DNA of 64,000 bases from Tricharina praecox. Lineage: Eukaryota. The stretch is from NCBI RefSeq assembly GCF_024521635.1, contig NW_026250411.1:558001-622000 (forward strand), written 5' to 3'. A program made the translations under genes and the position numbers. Positions 1-12,324 of this stretch are shown piece by piece. The notes beneath the pieces are model-generated. The model was given only the letters and a program-made list of their open reading frames with translations, was not told the DNA's origin and did not search any database. How positions within the stretch are numbered: position 1 is the stretch's first letter; every line of letters starts with the position of its first letter.

Positions 1-423
1 ACCCTCTTCAAGCCAACAGTGCAGGACTACACCCTAATCAAATGCTTCTCGCTGCTCATGCTGGGTCTATTCCTCTCAGCCCTCGCAACTCTAAACTTCT
101 CGCTCAGCTTCCTAATCGGATTGTTTTCCACGCCCTTCACGTTTGCCGCTCCGCAGCAGAAATCGAAATGGTGGTTGGCGGTGCTGATGGAAATCGCGCT
201 GCACGCGTTGGCACCGACGACCGCGCTGGTGGGCGTCGCCGTGTACTGGAGAGAGGATCTTTCGAGGATCCTGGCTGAGGCCGCGTTTGGGTGGGCAGTC
301 TGGGGCATGTGGACGCAGGTAGTCGTGTGGTGTGTTTGGTGGCCCGCGTGGGTCGTTGCTAGGGTTAGTGTGGCGGGAACGTGGTGGGACATGGGGAAGT
401 CTGTGGAGACGGTGAAGCGGTAG
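1..423 (+). CDS. GAA1: GPI transamidase subunit Gaa1, C-terminal part (5' end outside window)
   Basis: Hydrophobic C-terminus with LLMLGLFLSALATLNFSLSFLIGL and a Trp-rich last helix (WGMWTQVVVWCVWWPAW), typical of Gaa1. TAG at 421-423. Confidence 0.8.
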   Translation, partial: TLFKPTVQDYTLIKCFSLLMLGLFLSALATLNFSLSFLIGLFSTPFTFAAPQQKSKWWLAVLMEIALHALAPTTALVGVAVYWREDLSRILAEAAFGWAVWGMWTQVVVWCVWWPAWVVARVSVAGTWWDMGKSVETVKR

Positions 424-666
424 TGACGGATGGGTGGGATTTCATATAATACTCTTATCGATCGATCTTGTTTATAGAGCTGGCGGAATACCCTTTGCGG
501 ATGTGCATACGTTGTAGAGATGGCTTAGATAATCACAAAAGCTGGCATCCTTCGTCAAGACTCACATTATGAGCAGGACATGAGCACAATTGTGGCAAAA
601 GCACTGCCTGTTCGACTGGATTGCAGAATCCCGTATCGCATTATGACTAGACAGAACCACGCATAT

Positions 667-2660
667 CTACTCATCGACTACACCTGGAGCCTTGGCACTC
701 ATCTGCCTTGCCTTCAACAGCTCGTCGCAGAGCAATAAATTGCTGGCAATACCGGCCGCACTGGCAATCGAGTTCCTGAGCACCCTGAAGGAGTCGTAGA
801 CACCAGCAGCAACAGGGTCCATGGGCTCTCCGGTGGTCAGGTCGATTCCAACAACGTTTCCTTCGGCCTGCTCGTCCTGGAGGGCAGTCACTGAGGTGCT
901 CAATCTCATTAGTAATGATCATGTATAGTTATTTTGTACTTGGAGGAAGCTTACGGGAGTCCTGGATGTCGAAACCACCGTTCGCCGCCAGAGTCTTGGG
1001 GATGACGAGGAGGGCGTCGGCGAATGCCTGAACAGCCATTCTTGGCTTTCCCTTGATCTGCTTGCGCACGTTCTCGCTGATGAGGTGTGCGTGGCAGGCG
1101 ACCTGGAATGCACCGGCTCCGGGAACTACCGAGCCGTCGACAATCATGTTGTAAACACTTCGGAGACCGTCACGGACGGCATCCTGGATCTGGTTGATGG
1201 TGTGTGTGTTGGGGCCCTTGATCATGATAGTGACAGACTTGGCCTCTTTGACGTCCTCCTGTACCGGTGGTTAGAAGGAGGTGCGCCGGACGTACGGGAG
1301 GTTCGGACTTACAATGAAGGTGTACTTCTCCTCTCCGAGGGTGTGTTCGTAAACCTTTCCAGCCCAACCCAAGACTTCGGGTGTTAAGTCCTCGACAGAG
1401 TTCTGGGAGACACCACCACAGATCAATTGCAGCCGCTCCATGTTTCTCCTCTTCGCCCGTCGCAGAGCAAGGATGCCGTTCTTGCTCAGCACGTCCAAGC
1501 TCAGCGGGTCGATACCCTTCTGGTTGATGATAACGAAGCCTTTGCTAGGGTCGTCTCCGCACACCTGCTTCTTCAGCTCCACGATCTTCCTCAGCTTTTC
1601 ATCCACGAATCTCCTCTCGCTCTCAACAAGCTTCTCTCTCTGCTCGGCTGAAGAGTAGAAGAACCCAGAGTTGACTTCAGTCTTCTCGTACTCGAGGGAA
1701 ACGTTGAGGGTAAGGATGAAAGCGTTGTCGACTCTCCTGGGCATGTCGGGGTGGCGGGCGCCGTGGTCGAGGGCAAGGCCGCGGATCAACAGCGTCTCCG
1801 AAGCGGTCCGGTGCTGCATCTTCATAATCTCGATCATGTGTAGGTCGGGTTTAGCGGGAGCATTGTAGATGGCGAGAACGGCATCGACAATCGAGGGTGT
1901 CAGGGCTTCGGCGAGAGTCTTGTCGAGCTTGGTGGAGAGCGAGGTGCGGGCAACGCAGAGGAGCAGTTCACGATCGGGCTCTTTCTCAATTTTGAAATCA
2001 TCGAGAAACTGAAGCTATCAGCACGCATACCAGATGTGACGGAGTTGAAGCAGTGCTGGTTACCTTCAGAGCTTCCACCTTGGCTATTTCGTAACCTTCT
2101 GTGATAACTCGGGGATGAAGCCCTTCCTCGATATATCGCTTTGCTTGCTTCAGAAGCTCTCCGACTAACAGAACCACGCTTGTTGTACCATCTCCGGCAA
2201 TGTCGTCCAGAGCAGTTGCTGATACCTGTCAGCTTCACCAACCACCCGATACCCCGCCATCCGAACCGCCGTGGTCGTACCTGCTCTAGCAATCATCACA
2301 GCTTTGTAAACTATTAGCTTGATTCTCTGGCGGAAATGTATGTGGCGGAGATGCAGATGGTTTCGTGCATAGCATACCTGTGGGGTTCTGGATCGTCATC
2401 TCTCGCAATAGCTTCTGGCCATCCTTGGTCAAGGTAATTTGACCGGAGCCATCTACCAGCATCTTTAACGTTCCGGAGGGACCGAGGTTGGATTTGAGGA
2501 CATCCTGTAGGCCTAAGGAGCATCGTCAGATTACTGTACGCCGAAGCGTCGATATCTCCGAGCAAGCACGCCTACCTTCGCCGGCAGCGATATTGACTCT
2601 CAAAGCTTCTCCTCTGCGAACAGACTCCGCCTTGGGGTTGAGAAGAGATGTAGCTGACAT
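667..2660 (-). CDS. CCT6: Chaperonin CCT/TRiC subunit zeta, multi-exon
   Basis: Starts [23 protein letters not shown]. Contains [36 protein letters not shown] and DAVRDGLR, and ends [14 protein letters not shown]. Includes a 21-nt micro-exon at 2281-2301. Confidence 0.96.
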
Positions 2661-2844
2661 CTCGAGACAGGATGGATTCTTGGGCGATGGAGAAAGGTGT
2701 TGTCGATGATTATTATTAACAGGAGGATGGAGATGTGTGTATGGGGCCGTAATGTTCTTCCTGTAAGAGCCCCAAAGGTGGGACCTTTGATTTTTCCGCC
2801 GCCTTTTTCCTATCGTGGCCTAGCGCACTTCCTGGCACAACCAC

Positions 2845-2854
2845 TGAAATTTTC
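2845..2854 (+). promoter_or_regulatory. RRPE-like motif TGAAATTTTC upstream of NOP56
   Basis: Resembles the yeast ribosome-biogenesis RRPE consensus (TGAAAAWTTT). Lies about 100 bp upstream of the NOP56 ATG in the divergent CCT6/NOP56 promoter. Confidence 0.4.
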
Positions 2855-2956
2855 TCCAAGTCTTCGCGTTCGCGACAAGTTTAATTCAATCCCTCAACAT
2901 CCACCCCACTACAGTTCCCCACCCTCGACAGTCTCCCATCCGCTACCGCTCTCGCA

Positions 2957-4710
2957 ATGTCGGCTGTCGATTACATCCTCCAGGAGGCCCCGGTCGGCTA
3001 CGGCTTGTACGAGGTTGTCCAGCAACCTGATACAATTGGCAATCGCCTGAAGGAAGTCCAAGAGGCCGCCAATGACCTCTCGAAGTTTGGAAAGATGATC
3101 AAGCTGGTGTCTTTTGCGCCTTTCCAGTCAGTCTTCCGCGGCGACCAGCCAATTGAGTTGTTTGTCTGTTCGTTCCAGCGCTGACGGTTCAAATGTAGAG
3201 GTGCCGCCCAAGCGCTTGAGAACGCAAATGACATCTCTGAGGGTATCGCCAGCGCCCACCTCTTGTCGCTCTTGGAGTTGAACCTCCCTAAGGGCGGAAA
3301 GAAGAAGAAGGTTGTCCTCGGTATCGCCGACAAGAACTTGGCTGGTTCTATCAAGGCCGCTTTCCCCGGCGTCGACTGTGAGACGAATGAAGTCGTGCAA
3401 GATCTTCTCCGTGGACTGCGCCTGCACGGTGATAAGCTCCTCAAGGCACTCCAGCCTGGTGATATGGACCGCGCTCAGCTTGGTTTGGGGCACGCCTACT
3501 CCCGCGCGAAGGTAAAGTTCTCGGTCCAGAAGAACGACAACCACATCATTCAGTCCATTGCGCTGTTGGATCTCATGGACAAGGACATTAACACTTTCTC
3601 CATGCGTGTTCGGTAGGCTCATGTCTTTAATCCCATAAGTCCCTGGCTGTTATTGACGTTTGGAAAGTGAATGGTACGGCTGGCACTTCCCGGAACTCAT
3701 CAAGATCGTCTCGGACAACTACAAGTACTGCAAGTTGGTTGCGCACATCAAGGAGAAGAAGACGCTCAACAACGAGCAGCTCCACGAGCTGGCCGCCTAC
3801 GTTGACGACGACCAGGAGATCGCACAGGCCATCATTGACGCCGCGAAGATGTCGATGGGTCAGGACATCTCTGACGCAGACATGGAGAACATTTTGACGT
3901 TCGCCACCAAAGTTAACTCGCTCGCGGACTTCCGCAAGCAGATCTTCGACTACTTGACTGACAAGATGTCCGTCGTTGCTCCTAACTTGGCCAAGCTCAT
4001 CGGAGAGGTCGTTGCCGCCCGTCTCATCTCGCACGCTGGTTCTTTGACCAACCTGTCCAAGTACCCCGCCTCGACAGTGCAGATTCTCGGTGCAGAGAAG
4101 GCGCTCTTCCGTGCGCTGAAGACCAAGGGCAACACCCCCAAGTATGGTCTCATCTACCACTCTTCCTTCATTGGAAGGGCCGGAGCCAAGAACAAGGGTC
4201 GCATCTCGCGATTCTTGGCCAACAAGTGTTCCATTGCTTCCAGAATCGATGCTTTCTCAGACAACCCCACTACCGTTTTCGGAGAGGCTTTGAGGAACCA
4301 GGTTGAGGAGCGGTTAGAGTTTTACGCCAACGGCACTGCGCCCACCAAGAACGAGGTCGCCATGGTACGTCTACTCTACATCTCTATGATGAAATTCGTT
4401 GGCTAATGTGGTTTAGAAATCCGCCATGGACTCGGTCTTGGGTGACATCAACATCTCCGCTGGTAACGACGACAAGGACTCGGACGACGAGGCTGTCAAG
4501 CCCAGTAAGAAAGAGAAGAAGGACAAGAAGGAGAAGAAGGACAAGAAGGAAAAGAAGGAGAAGAAGAGCAAGAAGGAGGCCGAGCCGGAACCCGAGTCCA
4601 AGAAGAGACCGAGAGAGGACGATGCGGAGGAGCCTGTGGAGAAGAAGAAGTCCAAGAAGGACAAGAAAGAGAAGAAGGAGAAGAAGAAGGAGAAGAAGAG
4701 CAAAGCTTAG
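2957..4710 (+). CDS. NOP56: Box C/D snoRNP core protein Nop56, multi-exon
   Basis: [58 protein letters not shown] and [19 protein letters not shown]. Ends in a KKE/D-repeat tail (4500-4700). Confidence 0.96.
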
Positions 4711-5042
4711 ATTGCAGCATAAGTTCCTTTTCCGCTCTTTGGTACAATCAACGGACCGCACCTCTGCGGGTAATTGTGTGGAGGACAAGGGGTTTGTGTG
4801 GGTCAAAAAGGCGTCTTCCGTGTATTATCTATGTCCAGAAATCTTTCTTGCTTTTGTTCAGCTTGCTTTGGTTACATGTCTGCGTTACTTTTCTGTTCTT
4901 TAGTTTCATAAGTCAATGAGACGTCCTGTTCATGTTCATCACATCGGATCAGATATATATCCGGCTGCGTGATCCGTAAGTAGTTCTCGAGTAGGTCATT
5001 TGGATTTAATCCGTTGATGCGCTGAATTACTGGTGCGGACGG

Positions 5043-5126
5043 ACAGGTACGTAGAGACAGGCACGGACAGGTACGTACAGACAGGTACGTACAGACAGGT
5101 ACGTGCAGACAGGTACGTAAAGACAG
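5043..5126. repeat. Minisatellite, 14-bp unit ACAGGTACGTACAG, about 6 copies (one truncated)
   Basis: Units start at 5043, 5057 (short), 5067, 5081, 5095 and 5109. Confidence 0.9.
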
Positions 5127-5508
5127 CTGCGCACCCCATAGGTGCGGACGCTGGAGGAGCTGAAGAAGAAGCTGTTATTTGTTCCGTGAAACGCGACCTC
5201 ACGTGATCATGTGAAGTCAATCCTGGAATAATCTATCGTACTATCAACCCATAAGGGTTCGCTACTCAACCAGTCACGACTCCGTGTACTTCGAGTCACC
5301 GGAACGCTGATGCTAGTCTCCCGACGCTCGGATCTGCCCGGAGATGGACAGGCTTGTGATTATCAATCGTCGGGAGTGTGTAAGGCACTGGGTAGAAGCC
5401 AGTGGTCACGAAGGAATGGCAGCAGAAACGTAGGTCCAGGGCGAAAAGGGCTAGGTCCCTGCGTTATCTTCCCTAACCCACCCCACTTGCTGTTGCCAAG
5501 ACACATTT

Positions 5509-5514
5509 ACGCGT
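5509..5514. promoter_or_regulatory. MCB element ACGCGT in RNR1 promoter
   Basis: Exact MluI cell-cycle box about 200 bp upstream of the RNR1 ATG. RNR1 is a canonical MBF target in ascomycetes. Confidence 0.5.
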
Positions 5515-5707
5515 TGATTGAAAAAACACGACCCCTCTTCCCTTCTTCAAGTCCGCTCGTCTTCACATCCACCTCCATTCTTCCATCTCCCAATTTGCTC
5601 AATTAGAGCTTGTTTGTTCACGATTTTTGATTTTACGTTGATTCCTGATACCCACTTCTTCTTGCTCACACTTCACATTCAATCATCAACATACATACAC
5701 AGCCATC

Positions 5708-8642
5708 ATGTATGTTTTGAAGAGAGGTAAACATTGGGCCCCGCAGTTTGTCGGGTTCATCCAAAAGGCTATGGTTATTGACTCGAACTTTGATAGACGG
5801 ACGCAAGGAACGTGTACAGTTCGACAAGATCACTGCCCGAGTCTCCCGTCTTTGTTACGGTCTCGATAGCGAACATGTCGACGCTGCTTCAATCACCCAG
5901 AAGGTGATCTCTGGAGTGTACCAGGGTGTCACTACCATTGAGCTGGACAATTTGGTATGGTCTATTTCTTCGTCTGCCTCCCCAAAGTCATTATGTGAAG
6001 GCTAATCTGTTCTATTCGTTTGTTTACAGGCAGCAGAGACAGCTGCGTACATGACCGTCACCCACCCGGACTATGCTATCCTCGCTGCTCGAATTGCTGT
6101 TAGTAATCTGCACAAGCAGACCAAGAAGATGTTCTCCCAGGTCATCAGCGATCTCTACCACTATATCAATCCCGTATGTCCGCCACCTGATACATTGCTA
6201 GAGAAATATTGTCTAACGATGGTGTCCAGAAAAACAACCGCCCCTCCCCGATGATAAGCGAGCAGACCTACGAGACGGTCATGCGACACCGTGACGAGCT
6301 GAATGCTGCCATCATCTACGACAAGGACTTCAATTACAACTACTTCGGGTTCAAGACATTGGAGAGGTCCTATCTCCTGAGAATCAATGGCAAGGTCGCT
6401 GAGCGCCCGCAGCACATGATCATGAGAGTTGCAGTCGGCATTCACGGCGAAGAAATTGAGAAGGTGATTGAGACCTACAACCTCATGTCATCGAAGTACT
6501 TCACGCACGCTTCGCCTACTCTTTTCAATGCGGGAACTCCTGCGCCTCAGCTGTCGTCATGCTTCCTGGTGGCCATGAAGGACGACTCGATAGATGGTAT
6601 CTACGACACCCTCAAGACATGCGCCATGATCTCGAAGACGGCCGGCGGTATCGGTCTCAACATTCACAACATCCGTGCTACCGGCTCCTATATCGCAGGA
6701 ACCAACGGAAGCTCCAACGGTATCGTACCCATGTTGAGAGTGTACAACAATACCGCGCGCTACGTTGACCAAGGTGGCAATAAGAGACCTGGCGCTTTTG
6801 CTATCTATCTTGAGCCCTGGCATGCGGATATTTTCGACTTCCTTGATCTGCGAAAAAATCACGGAAAGGAGGAGGTTCGTGCCAGAGATCTGTTCTACGC
6901 TCTCTGGATCCCAGATCTTTTCATGGAGCGTGTTCAGAACAATGGACAATGGTGCCTGTTCTGTCCCAACGAAGCTCCAGGAATGGCGGATGTGTACGGC
7001 GAAGAGTTTGTAGCTCTGTACACAAAATACGAGAACACACCTGGCCTGCCACGCCACACCGTCAAGGCACAGAAACTCTGGCATGCCATCCTCGAGGCGC
7101 AGGTTGAGACCGGAGGTCCCTTCATGCTCTACAAGGATGCGGCCAACAGCAAGTCCAACCAGAAGAACTTGGGAACCATCAAATCTTCCAACCTTTGCAC
7201 CGAGATCATCGAATACTCCGCCCCGGACGAGGTTGCGGTCTGCAATCTCGCTTCCATCGCCTTGCCTACATATGTCGATGTTCAGCGAGAGCAGTACAAT
7301 TTCCAAAAGCTACACGACGTGGTCAAGGTGGTTGTCAAGAATTTGAACAAGATCATTGACGTCAATTACTACCCCGTCGAGGAAGCCAGGCGTGGAAACA
7401 TGAGGCATCGCCCTATCGGTGTCGGTGTCCAAGGTCTCGCAGACGCCTTCCTTGCGCTTCGCATGCCTTTTGAGTCGCCAGAAGCCAAACACCTCAACGT
7501 CCAGATTTTTGAGACCATCTACCATGCTGCTGTCGAGGCCTCGACCGAGCTCGCTGAGGTGGAAGGGCCCTACTCCACTTACGAAGGTTCACCTGCGTCT
7601 CAGGGCATCCTGCAGTATGACATGTGGAACGTCACTCCCACTGATCTTTGGGACTGGGACGAGGTTAAGGCCAAGGTCAAGAAGCATGGTCTTCGCAACT
7701 CGCTCCTCGTTGCACCCATGCCAACTGCTTCTACCTCCCAGATCTTGGGATTCAACGAGTGCTTTGAGCCGTACACCTCCAACATATACTCTCGTCGTGT
7801 TCTTGCCGGAGAATTCCAGATCGTTAACCCATGGCTTCTGAAGGACCTTGTGGACATGGGTTTGTGGAGCGATGCCATGAAGAACAGAATCATTGCCAGC
7901 AACGGCAGTATCCAGAACATCACCAACATCCCCGACGATATCAAGGCGCTGTACAAGACTGTTTGGGAAATCTCACAAAAGACTGTGATCGACATGGCGG
8001 CCGATCGAGCTGCTTTTATCGACCAGAGCCAGTCGCTCAACATCCACATCCAGAACCCTACCATTGGCAAGCTGACCTCCATGCACTTCCATGGGTGGAA
8101 AAAGGGTCTCAAAACTGGAATGTACTACCTTCGCACCCAGGCTGCCGCTGCCGCTATCGTGAGTTTATGTCGCTATTTCGTTTACGAAGATGTGAGTACA
8201 AGATACTGACTGCGCATAGCAATTCACTGTCGACAAGGAGGCGCTCAAGGTAGATGATACGGCGGTCGCTCGCGCTCTGCCCAAGCGTACCGTTCGCACT
8301 TCTCCCCTCGGTTCCTCGGCAGCTGGTGGAGCCATCCCCCGACCCATGATGGCCGCCGCCAGCGGCAACGGGACCCCGGCACTGAAAAGTGTGATTGTTC
8401 CCGCTTCGCCCACGGCCGGCAAGCCCTTTGAAGCGGATAAGCCCGAAGGCAAGAGCCCTACTCTTCTCGCCACTGACCCCACTGGCCCGCCAGATGATGA
8501 AGAGCTCGAACTTGAGCGGACCAAGACCCAAGAGGAGGACAAGAAGGCCGACAGTGCTGACCGCGAGGTTGACATCTACGCCGATGCTGTTCTGGCTTGC
8601 AGTATCGCGAATCCCGAAGCTTGTGAGATGTGCTCTGGTTAG
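5708..8642 (+). CDS. RNR1: Ribonucleotide reductase large subunit, multi-exon
   Basis: ATP-cone [47 protein letters not shown] and KTGMYYLR. C-terminal CEMCSG redox tail. Confidence 0.98.
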
Positions 8643-9063
8643 GCTACGGATTTTTGTTAGCTGCGTGATAATGTGAAGTAGAGAGCTTGACGATGGGACG
8701 ACAAGGAAATAATGGGTTCTGGGAATTTTTGCTGGGCGCTGCTGGTTTGATTGGTTTTTTTTCTGTCTCTTTCTTTGGATGGTAGCTCCTGCTTTGCTTT
8801 TCATCATTACGACCTTACTGTCACTGTTTTTTGTTTATTCACAATGTCCATTTCAATAGGTATTTGGATTGAATTTCTTGAATCACGTTGTCTCTCCCTC
8901 ATGATGTGACGATGGAGTAACAAGCTCCCCACATGCTCCGTCCCGTTAGCTGCAGGCTGGGGTAGATAACCGCGCAGATCCCCCCACCATTATGTACCAA
9001 ACACTCGCCTCACCCCTCCTCATTGCTTGATAACTTGCAGAATGCTCTACATGCCCCAAGGAA

Positions 9064-10847
9064 ATGCTCACGAAAATCGATCTCACACCGGCAAACCGAC
9101 CACAGCTACTCCCCGATGAAACTCTCCTCTTTGTCCAAAACTCTGTGGGCTTATATGAGGGGTGTGTGTGCAATCCATCATTTACCGCTCCCGCAGTTGG
9201 AAACTGATGACGAGGTCCCTCAGAAAATACAAGATCCTCAACTACCAGAACGGCTTCGCGTACCTCACCTCGCATCGTGCCTGCTACGTCGATAACGATG
9301 ATCCGCGCAAGTACTCGATAGCCGTAGAGTTGAAAGAGGTGGATCGGATTGAACCTTATGTGTGCCATACCCCTCATGAAGCCTGCCGCCGTATCATTAC
9401 TGACCCTGCACAGGCAGGATTCCTTAAATCCTCTCCGAAAATCACACTTTACCTACAGCCTTCGGCGAACATCGGCGGCGGGAGTAAATCGTCACCTCTT
9501 GGCTCCTCGCGCGCAAGCCCCCGCTCCTCCACCCCCCTCATACGTGCTGCGTCCCCACCGCCGCCAGTGACAGGCGTCTGGATCTGCACCATCTGCTCGT
9601 TCTCGAACCCGATACCCTTGAATTACGTCCCCGGCGAGTCATCGGCCGCTTCTATTCCGCCCTGTCTAACCTGTGGGATACGGCCTCAGCCATCGCATCT
9701 CGATAGCAGTCTGCAAACGCAGCCTCGGCCGTCTCCAGCAGCAGCAACGACGGCCGCGCCAGATTCTGGTCTCGCCTGTCCAAGGTGTACATTCCACAAC
9801 CACCCCTCCCTCCACATCTGCGAGCTCTGCGGCGAGTCACTACAGACGATTGCGATCCCGGTGCCGCGCGCGCTCGCAATCGCGCAACCCACACCATCGC
9901 GCACCTCCTCCCCGGCGCCCGTCGACGTGCCAATAATCAAATTCTCCTTCCGGGCCGGCGGCTCGACAGCCTTCCTCACGCACCTCAAGTCCGCGCTGAT
10001 CCAGCGGAAATGGCTCCTCTCGACCGCGCCGCCAGTGCCGCGCCCACCCTCGCCCTCGGGGACAACAAAGCGCGTCGGCATCGGCGGCCTCGAGCGGAAA
10101 ACACTCTCCCAAACCCGCCAGAATGAAATGGTCCTTGGTAGTGCGTTCGAAGACCTCGAGTCGCTCAAGGCCGCCGCGAAGGAGGTCATCGCCCTCGCCG
10201 AATCGTTCGCGCGTCTCCCGGGAAATGCGGGCGTCGAGGCTATTGGCGGCGGCGCGGCGCAGGCGCTCGGGTTGGTCAGTAGGGATATGTTCTCCAACAC
10301 CTCCTCGGCCGGCGACAAGGCGTGGATCGATGAGCTCTCGCGACAGGTCGCAGAGTTCCTGGCCGATGATGCAAGAGGCGTGTTGAAGAAGGAGGGCGGG
10401 GTTATCACGCTGGTCGACCTTTGGGCGCTTTATAATCGGGTCAGAGGTATTGATCTCATTTCACCGCAAGATCTGCAGAAGGCCACTACAAGGTTTGAGG
10501 CGTTGAGATTACCGGTGAGGACTAGGACATTCAAGAGTGGGCTCGTGGTGGTCCAAGATGTGGGCAGGAGGGACGATGAGACGGTTAGGAGGATAGTTGA
10601 GTGGATTGCTGCTGATGGGAGTGGACGCTGGGGGAGAGGTGTTACGGCTGGTGAGGCGGCCGACAGGTTTGGATGGAGTTTGAGGGTCGCGAGTGAAGAG
10701 CTAGAGATGGCGGAGGAGCGGGGGGCACTGTGTAGAGAGGTCGGTATTGAGGGTGTGAGATTCTGGGGGAACTGGTTTGTCGAAGATACTTCTGCGGTGG
10801 CGGATTTGGAGACACGGGTTAGGGAGACTACAGTTCAGACGTTCTAG
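9064..10847 (+). CDS. VPS36: ESCRT-II subunit Vps36 (split GLUE domain with two NZF zinc fingers), 2 introns
   Basis: N-terminus MLTKIDLTPANRPQLLPDETLLFVQNSVGLYEG, then YLTSHRACYVD. Zinc fingers WICTICSFSN..CLTCG and CPRCTFHNHPSLHICELCG. Also IKFSFRAGG and AFEDLESL. Confidence 0.93.
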
Positions 10848-11084
10848 ATCGAGGAAATCATGGAGTCAAGACGTTTTCATTATGTCTAGAGAATCGTATG
10901 TGTATAGGTCTTGCTTTCTCAACCTCAACCCAGTTGGCAGAGCAGAGCAGGTGGTTTTGTATCACCAGTCTACATGCACCTCATATTGGCGCCCGCGCTT
11001 GCAGTACAATCAATGACTTGGATACGCCCGCCTTCCAGCCCAAACCCGACCCAGTCCAACCCGCAATGCAAACGAAAAGACTTT

Positions 11085-11915
11085 TTAGACAGCATCGATA
11101 TCGATCTCGCCGGCCTCCAAATCGAACTCGAAGTTGCACTCGTCCGCTCCCTCGTGGCCTGGATGAGGGTTAGTATATGGCTCGTGGGGAAGGAGTAGAA
11201 GCACCGGTGATATCGGTGAGTGCGTGTCTCCGGCCGACTCCGTGCATTCGTCGCTGAGGCGAGTGACACGGATGACAGCAGGCACGCATCCACCGAGCAT
11301 ACCGGGGAAGAAACATACCGTATGTGTCTGTCTCGTTGATCTTGGCGTTCTCGGGCAGTTCGCCGTAGGCCTTAAGATTACGAGCCTCGTCGGCGGTGTA
11401 CTTCAGGATAACGTCTCCCTTCTCGTCTTGGTAGTCACGTAGCGACAGAAGGATGATGTCTCCCTGGTTGATCCAGACCTTCTTTCGCAGCTTTCCACGG
11501 ATGTGGGCTAGACGCTTCTCGCCGTCGAAGCACATGGCCTCTAGGCGTCCGTTTCCGAGCATCTTGACCACCTGGGCGTACTCTGTTTGGTGTAAGAGGA
11601 GGTAAGGGTGGAGGTGGGATAGACGGGTGGCGACAAACCTTGACCGTCCTCCTTGAACGTCAGCTCACGCTTCTCATTGTCGTTCTCGTTCTTCCCGCGA
11701 CGCCTGTTCTTTCCTCCCTATTGTACGTAACTGTGTTAGCCTCCATGTCTTGCCCGATGTTGTTGCTGTTGCTTGACGCTCGTATGATGCTCGTGATGGC
11801 GATGGTTGGTGGCCACTATAATCGAAGAGCCTCATTGGAGCGCCGAGCGCTTGAGAGGGGGGTGGGGGGTGGGGGTAGAGTAGTCGCATCGCACCTTTCC
11901 CTTGTTCTTCGGCAT
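11085..11915 (-). CDS. TIF11: Translation initiation factor eIF1A, 3 introns
   Basis: [20 protein letters not shown], then [37 protein letters not shown]. Acidic tail EIDIDAV. Confidence 0.97.
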
Positions 11916-12324
11916 GTTGGGTGGTGGTGGTAGTTGGTTGTGTGAGGTTGTTTGTAATGATGAGTTTCGTGGGAATGGAGCAGAGCTGTCTTATAGCTCT
12001 GGTGGTGGTGGTGGTGATGTGTGTGGTCGAGTCAAGGTGGTTGTTGATCCAACTTGTTCGTCTGTTCGTCCGGTGAGCAGGCGGTGAGGGGGCAAGTATT
12101 TTTGGTTGAGTTAGTTTCAGTGAGTCGACCATAACCTTCTAGGGTACAGGGTTTGGGGGTGGTTTGAAGAGGCATAACAGAAGACCCCTCCATACTATGT
12201 TACACTAACTTTGAATGTGAATCACCCCGCCAAACAACTATTGAACTCTACGACATCTGACTGACACACCGACACCGGCCCCACTACCGCTTATACCACC
12301 ACCCCCGCAACAAAGGGATCAAGC

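Noticed and set aside
894..2376. snoRNAs in CCT6 introns (the vertebrate orthologue hosts them; NOP56 introns were also checked)
   Set aside because: The introns are only about 45-80 nt and show no C/D or H/ACA architecture.
4500..4705. AAG-rich repeat tract
   Set aside because: It is the normal KKE/D tail of Nop56.
5043..5126. CRISPR-like appearance of short repeats
   Set aside because: The repeats are contiguous with no unique spacers, the context is eukaryotic, and there are no cas genes.
9360..9413. Apparent insertion VCHTPHEACRRIITDPAQ in Vps36
   Set aside because: It is an in-frame 54-nt intron (GTGTGC..CTGAC..CAG), not protein sequence.
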